A DNA stretch of 64,000 nucleotides from Anaeromyxobacteraceae bacterium (GCA_032654565.1 JAULAX010000015.1:928001-992000); one strand, 5' to 3'. Counted from the first letter of the stretch, positions 12,139 through 22,884 are shown. Program-made: numbers and translations. Notes: a model not told the origin generated them from the letters alone.

Positions 12139-13197
12139 ATGGCACATCGCTGGGTGATGATGGCGGCGGGCGAGCCGATGGCCCAGGCGCCGATGGGGCT
12201 GGAGGCGCCGCCGCCGGGTGGCGTCTGGGTCGAGGTGGCCGGCTGCGGCGTCTGCCACACCGATCTCGGCTTCTTCTACGACGGGGTCCGGACCAACCAC
12301 GCGCTCCCGCTGGCGCTCGGGCACGAGATCAGCGGCCGGGTGGTGGCCGCCGGGCCCGGCGCCGAGCCCTGGCTGGGGCGGGCGGTCATCGTCCCGGCCG
12401 TCATCCCCTGCGGCGAGTGCGACGCCTGCCGGCGCGGCAAGGGGACCATCTGCCCGGCCCAGCAGATGCCCGGGAACGACATCCACGGCGGCTTTGCCAC
12501 CCACGTCGCGGTCCCGGCCCGCGGCCTCTGCGCCGTCGACGAGGCGCGGCTGGGCCGGGCCGGGCTGACCCTGGCCGACGTCTCGGTGGTGGCCGACGCG
12601 GTGACCACCCCGTACCAGGCGGTGGTCCAGGCTGGCGTCGCCGCCGGCACGCTGGCCATCGTCATCGGGGTGGGCGGGGTCGGCTCCTACGCCGCCCAGA
12701 TCGCCCGGGCCTTCGGGGCCACGGTGGTGGCCATCGACGTCGACCAGGCCAAGCTCGATCAGCTGGAGTCCCAGGGTGTGGCCCGCGGCTTCAACCCCCG
12801 GTCGCTCGATCCCAAGGCGCTCAAGAAGGAGATCGCCGAGCACGCCAAGAAGCAGGGGGCCTCGGCGCGCGAGTGGGCCATCTTCGAGTGCTCAGGGACC
12901 GCCGCCGGCCAGCTCACCGCCTGGGGGCTGCTGGTCCACGGGGCCACCCTGGCGGTGGTGGGGTTCACCCTCGACAAGACCGAGCTGCGGCTCTCCAACC
13001 TGATGGCCTTCCACGCCCGGGCCCTGGGGAACTGGGGCTGCGCGCCCGAGTTCTACCCGGCCGCCCTCGACCTGGTCCTCGACGGCAAGGTCCAGCTCGC
13101 CCCGTACGTGGAGCGCCATCCCCTGGCCGAGGCCAACGCGGTCTTCGCCCTGGCCCACCAGAAGAAGCTCTCGCGCCGCGCCATCCTCATCCCCTGA
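12139..13197 (+). CDS. had: 6-hydroxycyclohex-1-ene-1-carbonyl-CoA dehydrogenase (Zn-dependent MDR)
   Basis: ATG 12139 after [55 protein letters not shown]; position before oah-dch-bcr. Confidence 0.93.
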   Translation: MAHRWVMMAAGEPMAQAPMGLEAPPPGGVWVEVAGCGVCHTDLGFFYDGVRTNHALPLALGHEISGRVVAAGPGAEPWLGRAVIVPAVIPCGECDACRRGKGTICPAQQMPGNDIHGGFATHVAVPARGLCAVDEARLGRAGLTLADVSVVADAVTTPYQAVVQAGVAAGTLAIVIGVGGVGSYAAQIARAFGATVVAIDVDQAKLDQLESQGVARGFNPRSLDPKALKKEIAEHAKKQGASAREWAIFECSGTAAGQLTAWGLLVHGATLAVVGFTLDKTELRLSNLMAFHARALGNWGCAPEFYPAALDLVLDGKVQLAPYVERHPLAEANAVFALAHQKKLSRRAILIP

Positions 13198-13214
13198 ACG
13201 CCCGGAGACCCGCC

Positions 13215-14360
13215 ATGTCGAAGAGGACGGAAGACGTGATTCGCGCCACCGCGCCGGCCCAGACCAAGGATCACCAGCTGGCGCCCGTGCCGGCCGGCGT
13301 CGGCGTCCGCCTCGAGAAGCGCCCGGCCCGCCGCCCCGACGGGACCGAGGCCGCCGGGCTCTTCAACGCCTGGATCACCCTCGACAACCCGACCCAGTTC
13401 AACTCCTACACCACCGACATGGTCAAGGCCGTCATCCTGGCCTTCGGCGCCGCCTCCAGCGCCCGCGACGTGGTGACGGTGGTCTTCACCGGCGCCGGGG
13501 ACAAGGCCTTCTGCACCGGCGGCAACACCAAGGAGTACGCCGAGTACTACGCCGGGAATCCCCAGGAGTACCGGCAGTACATGCGGCTCTTCAACGACAT
13601 GGTCAGCGCCATCCTCGGCTGCGACAAGCCTGTCATCTGCCGGGTCAACGGCATGCGCATCGGTGGCGGCCAGGAGATCGGCATGGCCTGCGACTTCTCG
13701 GTGGCCCAGGACCTGGCCCGCTTCGGTCAGGCCGGCCCCAAGCACGGCTCGGCGCCCATCGGCGGCGCCACCGACTTCCTCCCGGTGCTCCTCGGAGGCG
13801 AGCGGGCCATGGAGACCGGCCTGCTCTGCGAGCCCTGGTCGGCCCACCGCGCCTACCGGGAGGGGATGATCACCGACGTGGTCCCGGCCCTCAAGGTGGA
13901 CGGGAAGTTCGTGGCCAACCCGCTGGTCTGGACCGACCGGCTCTTCGACGAGTACGGCCGCTTCCTCCACGGCGAGCCCAAGTCCGGCCCGGCCCTGGCG
14001 GAGGGCAAGGCGCTGGTGAAGCGCGGCGTGGTGGACCTGGCCATGCTCGACGAGCGGGTGGAGCAGCTCTGCGCCAAGCTCCTCCTCACCTTCCCCGACT
14101 GCACCACCAAGACCATCGAGGAGCTGCGCAAGCCCAAGCTGCAGGCCTGGACCGCCAACAAGGAGAACTCTCGCGCCTGGCTGGCCCTCAACATGATGAC
14201 CGAGGCCCGCACCGGCTTCAGGGCCTTCAACGAGGGGACCAAGGACGACCGCGAGGCCGACTTCGTGGCCCTCCGCCAGGCCCTGGCCCGCGCCACCCCC
14301 TGGAGCCCCGAGCTGGTGGAGAGCCTGCTCCCCGCGGCCCGGGCGGACGGAGGCCGGTGA
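13215..14360 (+). CDS. oah: 6-oxocyclohex-1-ene-1-carbonyl-CoA hydrolase (Oah/BamA)
   Basis: NSYTTDMVK, FCTGGNTKEYAEYYAGNPQEYRQYMRLFNDMV, GQAGPKHGSAPIGGATDFL. Confidence 0.95.
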   Translation: MSKRTEDVIRATAPAQTKDHQLAPVPAGVGVRLEKRPARRPDGTEAAGLFNAWITLDNPTQFNSYTTDMVKAVILAFGAASSARDVVTVVFTGAGDKAFCTGGNTKEYAEYYAGNPQEYRQYMRLFNDMVSAILGCDKPVICRVNGMRIGGGQEIGMACDFSVAQDLARFGQAGPKHGSAPIGGATDFLPVLLGGERAMETGLLCEPWSAHRAYREGMITDVVPALKVDGKFVANPLVWTDRLFDEYGRFLHGEPKSGPALAEGKALVKRGVVDLAMLDERVEQLCAKLLLTFPDCTTKTIEELRKPKLQAWTANKENSRAWLALNMMTEARTGFRAFNEGTKDDREADFVALRQALARATPWSPELVESLLPAARADGGR

Positions 14361-15142
14361 TGGGCGCCGGCGCCCCCGCAAGGGCCTGGCGCGAGCGCGA
14401 CGGCCGGCTGCTCCGCATCCGGCTGGAGCGGCCCAAGGCCAACGTCCTCGACGCGGCCATGATCGCGGCCCTCGACGCCGCCTTCGCCGAGGCCGGGGCC
14501 ACCGCGGCGGCGCCGGCGTTGCGGGGCATCCTCCTCGACGCCGAGGGGCCACACTTCAGCTTCGGCGCCAGCGTCGAGGAGCACCTCCCGGCCACCTGCG
14601 GGGCCATGCTCCGCGGCTTCCACGCGCTCCTGCTGCGGATGCTGGCGCTGCCGGTCCCCATCCTGGTGGCGGTCAAGGGCCAGTGCCTGGGGGGCGGCCT
14701 GGAGCTGGCCAGCGCCGCGCACCTGATCTTCGTCGCCCCGGAGGCCAAGCTGGGCCAGCCGGAGATCGTCCTCGGGGTCTTCGCCCCGGCCGCCTCCTGC
14801 CTGCTCCCCGAGCGCATCGGCCCGGCCGCCGCCGACGACCTGCTCCTCTCCGGCCGCGCCATCGACGGGACCGAGGCCCATCGGCTGGGGCTGGCCTGCG
14901 CCGTCGCCGCCGACCCCGAGGCGGCCGCGCTGGCCTGGTTCGACGCCCACCTGGCCGGCCGCTCCGCGGCCTCGCTCGGCCTCGCCATCCGCGCCTCCCG
15001 GCTGGGGCTAGCCGAGCGGGTCGGCGCCAAGCTGTCGGCTCTCGAGACCCTCTACCTCGACGACCTGATGTCGCGCCGCGATCCGGTCGAGGGGCTCACC
15101 GCCTTCCTGGAAAAGCGGCCGGCACGCTGGGAGGACCGCTAG
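14360..15142 (+). CDS. dch: Cyclohexa-1,5-dienecarbonyl-CoA hydratase
   Basis: Crotonase with PKANVLD, HFSFGASVEEH, GQPEIVLGVFAP; TGATG overlap with oah (alternative GTG 14357). Confidence 0.92.
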   Translation: MGAGAPARAWRERDGRLLRIRLERPKANVLDAAMIAALDAAFAEAGATAAAPALRGILLDAEGPHFSFGASVEEHLPATCGAMLRGFHALLLRMLALPVPILVAVKGQCLGGGLELASAAHLIFVAPEAKLGQPEIVLGVFAPAASCLLPERIGPAAADDLLLSGRAIDGTEAHRLGLACAVAADPEAAALAWFDAHLAGRSAASLGLAIRASRLGLAERVGAKLSALETLYLDDLMSRRDPVEGLTAFLEKRPARWEDR

Positions 15143-15156
15143 TGCCCGGAGCCGCC

Positions 15157-16335
15157 ATGCCGCCCACCCCCAGCACCGCCGCCCTGGTGGCGCGCTGCCA
15201 GGCCCTCTTCGACGACATCTCCTTCGCCTCGGCGCGCCAGTGGAAGGCCGCGGCGCCGGGCCGGAAGGTGATCGCCTACATGCCCATCTACGTGCCGCTG
15301 GAGCTGATCCACGCGGCCGGGATGCTGCCGCTGGGGATCCTCGGCGCCGGCGAGAGCCTCGAGGTCATCCACGGGGACGCCTACTACCAGAGCTACATCT
15401 GCAGGATCCCGCGCTCCACGCTCGACCTCGGCATCACCGGCCGCCTCGACTTCGTCGACGGGTTCCTCTTCCCCTCCATCTGCGACGTCATCCGCAACCT
15501 CTCCGGAATCTGGAAGATCCTCTTCCCCAACATCTTCGTCCGCTACTTCGACGTGCCCCAGAACTTCGACCCGGAGGTGGGCGGCATCTTCTACCGGCAG
15601 GAGCTCGAGTCGCTCCGCGAAGGGCTGGCCCGCGTGGCCGGGCGCCCCATCACCGACGAGGCGCTGCAGGCCTCGTTCGCCCTCTACAACCGGAACCGGC
15701 GGCTGGTCCGCGAGCTCTACGCCTACCGCGCCGAGGCCCCCTGGCGGGCCCCGGCCTCAGAGATGTACCTGGTGCTGCGGGCCGGGATGGTGCTCCCGGT
15801 CGAGGAGCACAACCAGCTCCTCGCCGACTACCTGGCCGCCGCCCGGGCCGAGAGCCGGCCGCGCCGCGACAACTGCCGCATCGTGCTCAGCGGCGTCTTC
15901 TGCGAGCAGCCTCCGCTCAGCCTGATCAAGGCCATCGAGATGTCGGGCTGCTACATCGTCGATGACGACTTCATGCTGGTGAACCGCTGGCTCCTCGAGG
16001 ACCTCCCGGTCAGCGGGGATCCCATCGCCGCCTTGTCGACCGCCTTCCTCAGCGGCTCGACCGAGACCGGGGCCAAGTACCAGCCACGCCAGGAGCTCAA
16101 GGGCCGCTACATCCTCGACGCGGTGAAGTCCCACCGGGCCGAGGGCGTCATCTTCGCCGCCCCCAGCTTCTGCGACCCGGCGCTGCTGGAGCGGCCCATG
16201 CTCGAGGCGGTCCTGGATCGCGTCGACGTCCCCCACATCGGCTTCAAGTACGCCGAGAACTCGGCGCAGATGCAGCCGGTGCGTGAGCAGGCCGGCACCT
16301 TCGCCGACTCGATCAAGCTCTGGAGCGCACCATGA
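15157..16335 (+). CDS. bcrC: Benzoyl-CoA reductase subunit C (class I)
   Basis: GDAYYQSYICRIPRST, FPSICDVIRNLSG, APSFCDPALLE; about 392 aa (alternative GTG 15142). Confidence 0.93.
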   Translation: MPPTPSTAALVARCQALFDDISFASARQWKAAAPGRKVIAYMPIYVPLELIHAAGMLPLGILGAGESLEVIHGDAYYQSYICRIPRSTLDLGITGRLDFVDGFLFPSICDVIRNLSGIWKILFPNIFVRYFDVPQNFDPEVGGIFYRQELESLREGLARVAGRPITDEALQASFALYNRNRRLVRELYAYRAEAPWRAPASEMYLVLRAGMVLPVEEHNQLLADYLAAARAESRPRRDNCRIVLSGVFCEQPPLSLIKAIEMSGCYIVDDDFMLVNRWLLEDLPVSGDPIAALSTAFLSGSTETGAKYQPRQELKGRYILDAVKSHRAEGVIFAAPSFCDPALLERPMLEAVLDRVDVPHIGFKYAENSAQMQPVREQAGTFADSIKLWSAP

Positions 16336-17651
16336 CCACCCGGCCACCGTCCCTTCGCGCGCCGCCTCCGGCCCGGGAGGTCATCAAGGAAGCGTCGATG
16401 GTGAAGCAGAAGGAGATGATCGCGCGGAACTACGATCTCCTCACCAGCACCGCCGAGCACGGCCGCAAGGTGGCCTCGACCTTCGTCCCGGGCAACCTCA
16501 ACGAGCTGATCATGTGCTTCGACATGCTCAACAACCTGCCGGAGATCAATGCCATCCAGAACGGGATGCGCAAGGTCTCCGGGGACTACATCGCCGAGGC
16601 GGAGAAGCGCGGCCACTCCGAGGACGTCTGCACCTACGTGAAGGCCGACCTGGGGATGATCGCCAAGGGCAACGTCTCGCCCAACGGGAAGCCGCTGCCG
16701 CGCCCCGACCTGCTGCTCCTCTCCTACACCGGCTGCTTCACCTTCATGAAGTGGTTCGAGCTCCTCCGCGAGGAGTACAAGTGCCCCACCGTCATGCTCC
16801 ACGTGCCCTACCAGGGGGACGGTGAGACCACCAGGAACATGCGGGACTACATCGTCAAGCAGCTCCGCCAGGAGGTCATCCCCGCCCTGGAGCGCGTCTC
16901 CGGCGTGAAGTTCGACATCGACCGGCTCCGCGGGTACCTGCGCGAGTCGGCCCGCGCCGAGGACGATCTGGTCTGGGTGCTGGAGAGCGCCAAGACCAGG
17001 CCGGCCCCCATCGACGCCTACTTCGGCGGCGTCTACTACATCGGCCCCATCTTCACCGCCTTCCGCGGCACCCCCGACGCCACCGAGTACTACCGGCTGC
17101 TCCGCTCCGAGATCGAGGAGCGCATCCGGCTCGGGCTCGGGCCCATCACGCCCGAGGGGGACATGAAGAGCCAGAAGTACCGGCTGGTCGTCGAGGGGCC
17201 GCCCAACTGGACCAGCTTCCGCGAGTTCTGGAAGATGTTCTACGACGACGGCGCGGTGGTGGTGGCCTCCAGCTACACCAAGGTGGGCGGCACCTACGAT
17301 CTCGGCTTCCGCCACGACCCCGACCATCCCCTGGAGTCGCTGGCCGACTACTGCATGGGGGTCTACACCAACCGCAACCTGCCGCAGCGCATCGACCTCC
17401 TCGAGAAGTACATGGACGAGTACCAGGCCGATGGGCTGCTCATCAACTCCATCAAGAGCTGCAACAGCTTCTCGGCCGGGCAGCTCATGATCATGCGCGA
17501 GGTCGAGAAGCGCACCGGAAAGCCGGCCGCCTTCATCGAGACCGACCTGGTCGACCCCCGCTACTTCTCGGCGGCCAACGTCAAGAACCGCCTCGAGAGC
17601 TACTTCCAGATGATCGACCAGAAGCGCGGCAGCGCCCCGTCCGCGGCCTGA
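16332..17651 (+). CDS. bcrB: Benzoyl-CoA reductase subunit B (class I)
   Basis: [56 protein letters not shown]. Confidence 0.95.
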   Translation: MTTRPPSLRAPPPAREVIKEASMVKQKEMIARNYDLLTSTAEHGRKVASTFVPGNLNELIMCFDMLNNLPEINAIQNGMRKVSGDYIAEAEKRGHSEDVCTYVKADLGMIAKGNVSPNGKPLPRPDLLLLSYTGCFTFMKWFELLREEYKCPTVMLHVPYQGDGETTRNMRDYIVKQLRQEVIPALERVSGVKFDIDRLRGYLRESARAEDDLVWVLESAKTRPAPIDAYFGGVYYIGPIFTAFRGTPDATEYYRLLRSEIEERIRLGLGPITPEGDMKSQKYRLVVEGPPNWTSFREFWKMFYDDGAVVVASSYTKVGGTYDLGFRHDPDHPLESLADYCMGVYTNRNLPQRIDLLEKYMDEYQADGLLINSIKSCNSFSAGQLMIMREVEKRTGKPAAFIETDLVDPRYFSAANVKNRLESYFQMIDQKRGSAPSAA

Positions 17652-17670
17652 GCGGAGGCGGAGGACGTCC

Positions 17671-19002
17671 ATGAAGTGCTACATCGGCATCGATCTCGGC
17701 TCGACCACCACCAAGTCGGTGGTGGTCGACGAGCAGGCCCAGGTGCTGGGGCGCGGCATCACCAACTCACGCTCCAACTACGACACCGCGGCGGCGGTCT
17801 CCAAGCAGGAGGCCTTCGTGGCCGCCCGCTTCACGCTCTTCCGGCGGGCCCTCTCCGCCGCCCCGGCCCTGACCGGCCGGGTCGACGGGCTCCTGGCCGA
17901 CCTGGAGCGCCACTTCCGGCTGGTCCAGTTCCGGGCCCAGCTGCGCGACCTGGAGGAGACCTGCCTGCGCAACTGCGGGAGCCTGCGCTTCGCCGGGCAG
18001 GAGCGGGCCCTGGCCGAGGCGCTGGGCGCGGTCTTCCGCGACCTCCGCCAGGCGTCGACCGCGCTCTTCGCCCCCGGGGCTCGCCGCCGCTCCGACTTCT
18101 TCCGTGACCTGGCCGGCTCGGGGTTCATGGCGGCCGCCGAGCCCATCTGCAAGGCGGCCGGGCTGTCCTTCGACCTCATGCTCAACGTCTACGACAAGTC
18201 GATCATCGAGGTGGAGAACCGCAAGGGCGAGGAGGGGATGGAGGGGAAGTTCCTCGAAGCGCTCGACAGCGTCCTGCGCGCCCGCACCGCCGGCGGGGCC
18301 GAGGCCGGTCCGCCGCTCGGCGCCGAGGAGGTCGTCGGTCCGGTGCGGGCCGCCCTGCAGATCCCGCTCGAGGAGGTCTACGTGGTCGGGACCGGCTACG
18401 GCCGGGTCCGCCTCCCCTTTCCCAAGGAGCACATCCGCTCCGAGATCCTCTGCCACGGGCTCGGCGCCCACCTCATGCACCAGGGGACGCGCACCGTCCT
18501 CGACATCGGCGGCCAGGACACCAAGGCCATCCAGGTCGACGCCAACGGCATCGTCGAGAACTTCCAGATGAACGACCGCTGCGCCGCCGGCACCGGACGC
18601 TACCTGGGATACGTGGCCGACGAGATGCAGATGGGGCTCCACGAGCTCGGCCCCATGGCGCTCCTGGCCACCAAGACCCTGCGCATCAACTCGACCTGCA
18701 CCGTCTTCGCCGGCGCCGAGCTCCGCGACCGGCTGGCGCTGGGCGACAAGCGAGAGGACATCCTGGCCGGGCTCCACCGCGCCATCATCCTCAGGGCCAT
18801 GTCGATCATCTCCCGCTCCGGCGGGATCCGCGACCAGTTCACCTTCACCGGCGGCGTCGCCAAGAACGAGGCGGCGGTGCGCGAGCTCCGCAACCTGGTG
18901 AAGGAGAACTACGGCGACGTCACCATCAACATCAACCCGGACTCGATCTACACCGGGGCGCTGGGGGCGGCGGCCTTCGCCCGCCGCGGCGCCACGGCGT
19001 GA
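17671..19002 (+). CDS. bcrA: Benzoyl-CoA reductase subunit A (ATPase with large insertion)
   Basis: [49 protein letters not shown]; 443 aa, Thauera-type size. Confidence 0.95.
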   Translation: MKCYIGIDLGSTTTKSVVVDEQAQVLGRGITNSRSNYDTAAAVSKQEAFVAARFTLFRRALSAAPALTGRVDGLLADLERHFRLVQFRAQLRDLEETCLRNCGSLRFAGQERALAEALGAVFRDLRQASTALFAPGARRRSDFFRDLAGSGFMAAAEPICKAAGLSFDLMLNVYDKSIIEVENRKGEEGMEGKFLEALDSVLRARTAGGAEAGPPLGAEEVVGPVRAALQIPLEEVYVVGTGYGRVRLPFPKEHIRSEILCHGLGAHLMHQGTRTVLDIGGQDTKAIQVDANGIVENFQMNDRCAAGTGRYLGYVADEMQMGLHELGPMALLATKTLRINSTCTVFAGAELRDRLALGDKREDILAGLHRAIILRAMSIISRSGGIRDQFTFTGGVAKNEAAVRELRNLVKENYGDVTININPDSIYTGALGAAAFARRGATA

Positions 19003-19019
19003 GCGGGCAAGGAGCCGAG

Positions 19020-19862
19020 ATGGTCCTCACTGCGGGCATCGACGTGGGCACCGGCTGCGTCAAGGTGGCGCTCTTCGAGACCAGCGGCGGCACCTCGCGC
19101 TGGCTCGGCCGCCGCGTCGACCGGATCCGACAGCGCGATCCCTACGCGCTGGCCGGGGAGGCCTATGACGCCGTCCTCAAGGAGGCCGGGCTGGGGCGCG
19201 GCGACCTGGCCTACGTCGCCACCACTGGCGACGGGGAGAGCATCTCCTTCGCTACCGGCCACTTCTACTCCATGACCACCCACGCTCGCGGGGCCATCCA
19301 CCTCGACCCCTCGACCCGGCTGGTCCTCGACGTCGGGGCGCTCCATGGCCGGGCCATCCGCACCGACGCCCGCGGCAAGGTGCTCTCCTACAAGATGACC
19401 AGCCAGTGCGCCTCGGGCTCGGGGCAGTTCCTGGAGAACATCGCCCGCTACCTGGGGATCGCCCAGGACGAGATCGGCACGCTCTCGCTCCAGGGCACCG
19501 CCCCGGAGAAGGTCTCCTCCATCTGCGCCGTGCTGGCCGAGACCGACGTCATCAACATGGTCTCCCGGGGCATCTCGGCGGCCAACATCCTCAAGGGGAT
19601 CCACGTCTCCATGGCCCAGCGGCTGGCGGCGCTGGTCCGTGGCATCGGCGCGCTGGAGGGGACGGTCCTGGTCACCGGCGGCCTGGGGCTGGATGCCGGG
19701 CTGGTGGTCGCCATCCAGGAGGCCGCCGTCGAGGCCCAGCTGCCGGTCCAGGTGAGGAGCCACCCCGACGCCATCTACGCCGGGGCCATCGGCGCCGCCC
19801 TCTGGGGCGTCTTCCGTCACCAGAAGCTCACGGCCACGCCTGCGGCCGCGCTGGCCTCCTAG
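19020..19862 (+). CDS. bcrD: Benzoyl-CoA reductase subunit D
   Basis: ATG after AAGGAG; GIDVGTG, HFYSMTTHARG, MTSQCASGSGQF, SICAVLAETD. Confidence 0.93.
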   Translation: MVLTAGIDVGTGCVKVALFETSGGTSRWLGRRVDRIRQRDPYALAGEAYDAVLKEAGLGRGDLAYVATTGDGESISFATGHFYSMTTHARGAIHLDPSTRLVLDVGALHGRAIRTDARGKVLSYKMTSQCASGSGQFLENIARYLGIAQDEIGTLSLQGTAPEKVSSICAVLAETDVINMVSRGISAANILKGIHVSMAQRLAALVRGIGALEGTVLVTGGLGLDAGLVVAIQEAAVEAQLPVQVRSHPDAIYAGAIGAALWGVFRHQKLTATPAAALAS

Positions 19863-19874
19863 GGGGACCATCGA

Positions 19875-20813
19875 ATGACCGGCCAAGCGACGACGCGCGC
19901 CCTGGTGGCCTCGGACCTCGAGGCGGTGGTGGCCATCGACCGCGAGCGAGGCGGGCGCGCCCGGGGCGAGTTCTATGCCCGCCGCATCCGCAGCCTGGTG
20001 GAGGATCCGCTGTGCGGGGTGGCGGCGGTGGCTGAGCGCGGCGGGAAGGTGGCCGGCTTCGCCTTCGCCCGCCTCCTCGACGGTGAGTTCGGCGGGCAGG
20101 CGCCGGTGGGGGTCCTCGACGCCATCGGCGTGAACACCGGGTCACTCCACCAGGGCGTGGCCACCGACGTGCTCCAGGCCCTGAGCCGCGCGCTGCTGGC
20201 CCGCGGCGCCCGCGAGCTGAGGACCCAGGTGGAGTGGACCGACCACGGGCTGGCCGCCTTCTTCGCCCGCGCCGGGTTCCGGCTGGCCCCGCGGCTGGTC
20301 CTGGAGAGGACCCTGGAGCGGCTGGCCGACCAGGACACCGCGGGCGAGGAGCTGCCGGTCCGCTCCATGACCGAGAAGGACCTGCGCGCCATCGTCCGGC
20401 TCGACCGCAAGGTGACCCGGCGCGACCGCTCCGACTACTACGCCCGAAAGCTGACCGAGGCGATGCGCAGCTCCGCCATCCGCATGGGGCTGGTCGCCGA
20501 GCACGGCGGGCGGCTCACCGGCTTCCTCATGGCCCGGGTCGAGTTCGGCGAGTTTGGCAGCGCCGAGCCCACCGCCGTCCTCGACACCGTGGCCGTCGAT
20601 CCGGACGACCGCAACGAGGGGATCGGCCGGGCCCTGCTCGAGCAGCTCCTCCTCAACCTCGAGGGGCTGCGGGCCGAGCGGGTGGTCACCGAGGCCGACT
20701 GGCGGGAGATCCCGCTGCTGGCCTTCCTGGCCAGGAACGGCTTCACCAGCTCGCAGCGGCTGGCCTTCACCAGGCCCATAAGCGCCGACGCCGGCCCCAG
20801 GGCCGAACCGTGA
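19875..20813 (+). CDS. Tandem-domain GNAT acetyltransferase
   Basis: Two repeated units (DL.A.V..D...Y.R, GEFG...A/GVLD, G.G/A..LL); 312 aa. Confidence 0.82.
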   Translation: MTGQATTRALVASDLEAVVAIDRERGGRARGEFYARRIRSLVEDPLCGVAAVAERGGKVAGFAFARLLDGEFGGQAPVGVLDAIGVNTGSLHQGVATDVLQALSRALLARGARELRTQVEWTDHGLAAFFARAGFRLAPRLVLERTLERLADQDTAGEELPVRSMTEKDLRAIVRLDRKVTRRDRSDYYARKLTEAMRSSAIRMGLVAEHGGRLTGFLMARVEFGEFGSAEPTAVLDTVAVDPDDRNEGIGRALLEQLLLNLEGLRAERVVTEADWREIPLLAFLARNGFTSSQRLAFTRPISADAGPRAEP

Positions 20814-21538
20814 CCGATCCCACCGCCACGGTCACGGACCGGTTCGAAGGGCGCTGCGCCCTGGTCACCGGCGGCGCCCGGGGCATCGGCCGGGGCATCG
20901 CCGAGCGGCTGGCCCGGCTCGGCGCCGAGGTCCACGTCCTCGACCGCGAGCCCGGGGGCGGCGGCGACCGGGTCCATCAGCACCAGGTCGACATCACCGA
21001 CAGCCGGGCGGTGGAGGCCGTGGTCGGGGCGCTGCCGAGCCCGCCGCTGCTCCTGGTCAACAACGCCGGGATCACCCGCGACCGCAGCCTCCTCAAGATG
21101 AGCGACGACGAGTGGACCTCGGTGATCGACGTGAACCTCACCGGGGCCTTCCACGTCCTGCGAGCGGTCGCCCCGGGGATGGTGGCGGCCGGCTACGGCC
21201 GCATCGTCAACGTGGTCTCGATCAACGGGCTGCGGGGCAAGTTCGGACAGGCCAACTACAGCGCCTCGAAGGCCGGGCTGGTCGGGCTCACCAAGACCGC
21301 CGCCCGGGAGCTGGGGCCGAAGGGGATCACCGTCAACGCCGTGGCCCCGGGGATGGTCCTCACCGAGATGACCCTGGCCCTGGCCGAGGAGCACCGGCGC
21401 CGGGCCCTCGATGAGACCCTGCTCAAGCGCCTCCCCGAGGTGGAGGACGTGGCCGCGGCGGTCCTCTTCCTGCTCTCGGACCAGGCCCGCATGGTCACCG
21501 GCGAGGTGATCCGCGTCGACGCCGGGCAGTACATCTGA
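20810..21538 (+). CDS. Short-chain dehydrogenase/reductase (FabG/PhaB-like)
   Basis: GTG 20810 overlapping the GNAT stop; TGGARGIG, NNAGITRD, GQANYSASK. Confidence 0.88.
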   Translation: MTDPTATVTDRFEGRCALVTGGARGIGRGIAERLARLGAEVHVLDREPGGGGDRVHQHQVDITDSRAVEAVVGALPSPPLLLVNNAGITRDRSLLKMSDDEWTSVIDVNLTGAFHVLRAVAPGMVAAGYGRIVNVVSINGLRGKFGQANYSASKAGLVGLTKTAARELGPKGITVNAVAPGMVLTEMTLALAEEHRRRALDETLLKRLPEVEDVAAAVLFLLSDQARMVTGEVIRVDAGQYI

Positions 21539-21564
21539 CCCGGACCCGGCCCCCGACCCGGGAG

Positions 21565-22884
21565 CTACCGCCTCCGCAGGTCGACCACCTTCCCCTTGGC
21601 GGCCACGTTGTCCATGGTGCTCTTCTCCACCAGCTTGACGTCGAAGCTGACCCCGAGGTCCGAGGCCAGGCGGTGGCGCAGCAGGTCGCGGTAGCCGGCC
21701 TGGCGCCGCATCTCGTCGAAGAAGACCGACTGCGAGACCTCGACCAGCACCGTCGCCACGTCGAGGGCCTGGCGCCGCTCCACCACCAGCTGGTAGCGGG
21801 GGGCGGACTGGTCCACGTCGCGGAGCACCGCCTCGACCTGCGCCGGGAAGACGTTCACGCCCTTGATGATGAGCATGTCGTCGGTGCGCGCCTCCATCCG
21901 CTTGAGCCGCGCCGAGGTCCGGCCGCAGGGGCACGGCCTGGTGTCCAGGGTGGTGAGGTCGCGGGTGCGGAAGCGGATCAGGGGGAAGGCCTCCTTGGTG
22001 AGCGAGGTGAGGACCAGCTCCCCCTCGACGCCCGGGGGCAGGGTGGCCAGGGTCACCGGGTCGATGATCTCGGGGATGAAGTGGTCCTCGTTGATGTGGA
22101 GCCCCTGGCGCTCCAGGCACTCCCCGGCGACGCCGGGCCCGAGGAGTTCGCTCACCGCGTAGTTGTCGGTGACGGTGACGTTGAGGGCCTCCTGGATCTG
22201 CCGGCGGGTCTCCTCGCGGAAGGGCTCGCCGCCCACCAGGACGCGCCGGAGCGACAGGGCGTTCATGTTGAGGTTGTCGGCCCGCATCGCCTCGATGAGG
22301 TGGAGCGCGTAGCTCGGCGTGGAGACCAGGGCGGTGGTCTTGTAGTCCACCATGATCTTGATCTGGCGCTTGGTGTTGCCGCTGGAGATGGGGATCACCG
22401 AGGCGCCCAGCCGCTCGGCGGCGAAGTGGACCCCGAAGGCGCCGGTGAAGAGGCCGTAATCGAAGGTGATCTGGAGGACGTCGTCCTTGGATACGCCCTC
22501 GGCCACCAGCATCCGGGCCATGAGGTTGGCCCAGGTCTTGATGTCGTTGCGGGTGTATCCCATGACGATGCCGGAGCTGCCCGAGCCGCCGGTGCCGTGG
22601 AGGCGGACCACCTCCCGCAGCGGCACCGCCAGGAAGCCGTACGGGTAGGCGTCGGCCAGGTCGCCCTTGGTGGTGAAGGGGAGACGCCGCAGGTCGTCGA
22701 GCGACCGGAGGTCATCGGGATCGAACCGGATGGTGTCGAAGGCGGCCCGATAGAAGGGGACGCTGCGCGCCACCCGGCTCACCGTGGCCTGGAGCCGCTC
22801 CAGCTGCAGCTGCTCCAGCTCATCGCGGCGGATGCGCTCTTCGTCGGGCTGCCAGAAGGCGGCCGGGGACAAGGTGGCGGTCAT
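21565..22884 (-). CDS. Phenylacetate-CoA ligase family protein with degenerate P-loop
   Basis: ATG 22884 after GAGAGGG; LQLERL, LPFTTK.DL...[28 protein letters not shown]-loop reads HGTGGSGSSG. Confidence 0.85.
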   Translation of the reverse strand: MTATLSPAAFWQPDEERIRRDELEQLQLERLQATVSRVARSVPFYRAAFDTIRFDPDDLRSLDDLRRLPFTTKGDLADAYPYGFLAVPLREVVRLHGTGGSGSSGIVMGYTRNDIKTWANLMARMLVAEGVSKDDVLQITFDYGLFTGAFGVHFAAERLGASVIPISSGNTKRQIKIMVDYKTTALVSTPSYALHLIEAMRADNLNMNALSLRRVLVGGEPFREETRRQIQEALNVTVTDNYAVSELLGPGVAGECLERQGLHINEDHFIPEIIDPVTLATLPPGVEGELVLTSLTKEAFPLIRFRTRDLTTLDTRPCPCGRTSARLKRMEARTDDMLIIKGVNVFPAQVEAVLRDVDQSAPRYQLVVERRQALDVATVLVEVSQSVFFDEMRRQAGYRDLLRHRLASDLGVSFDVKLVEKSTMDNVAAKGKVVDLRRR

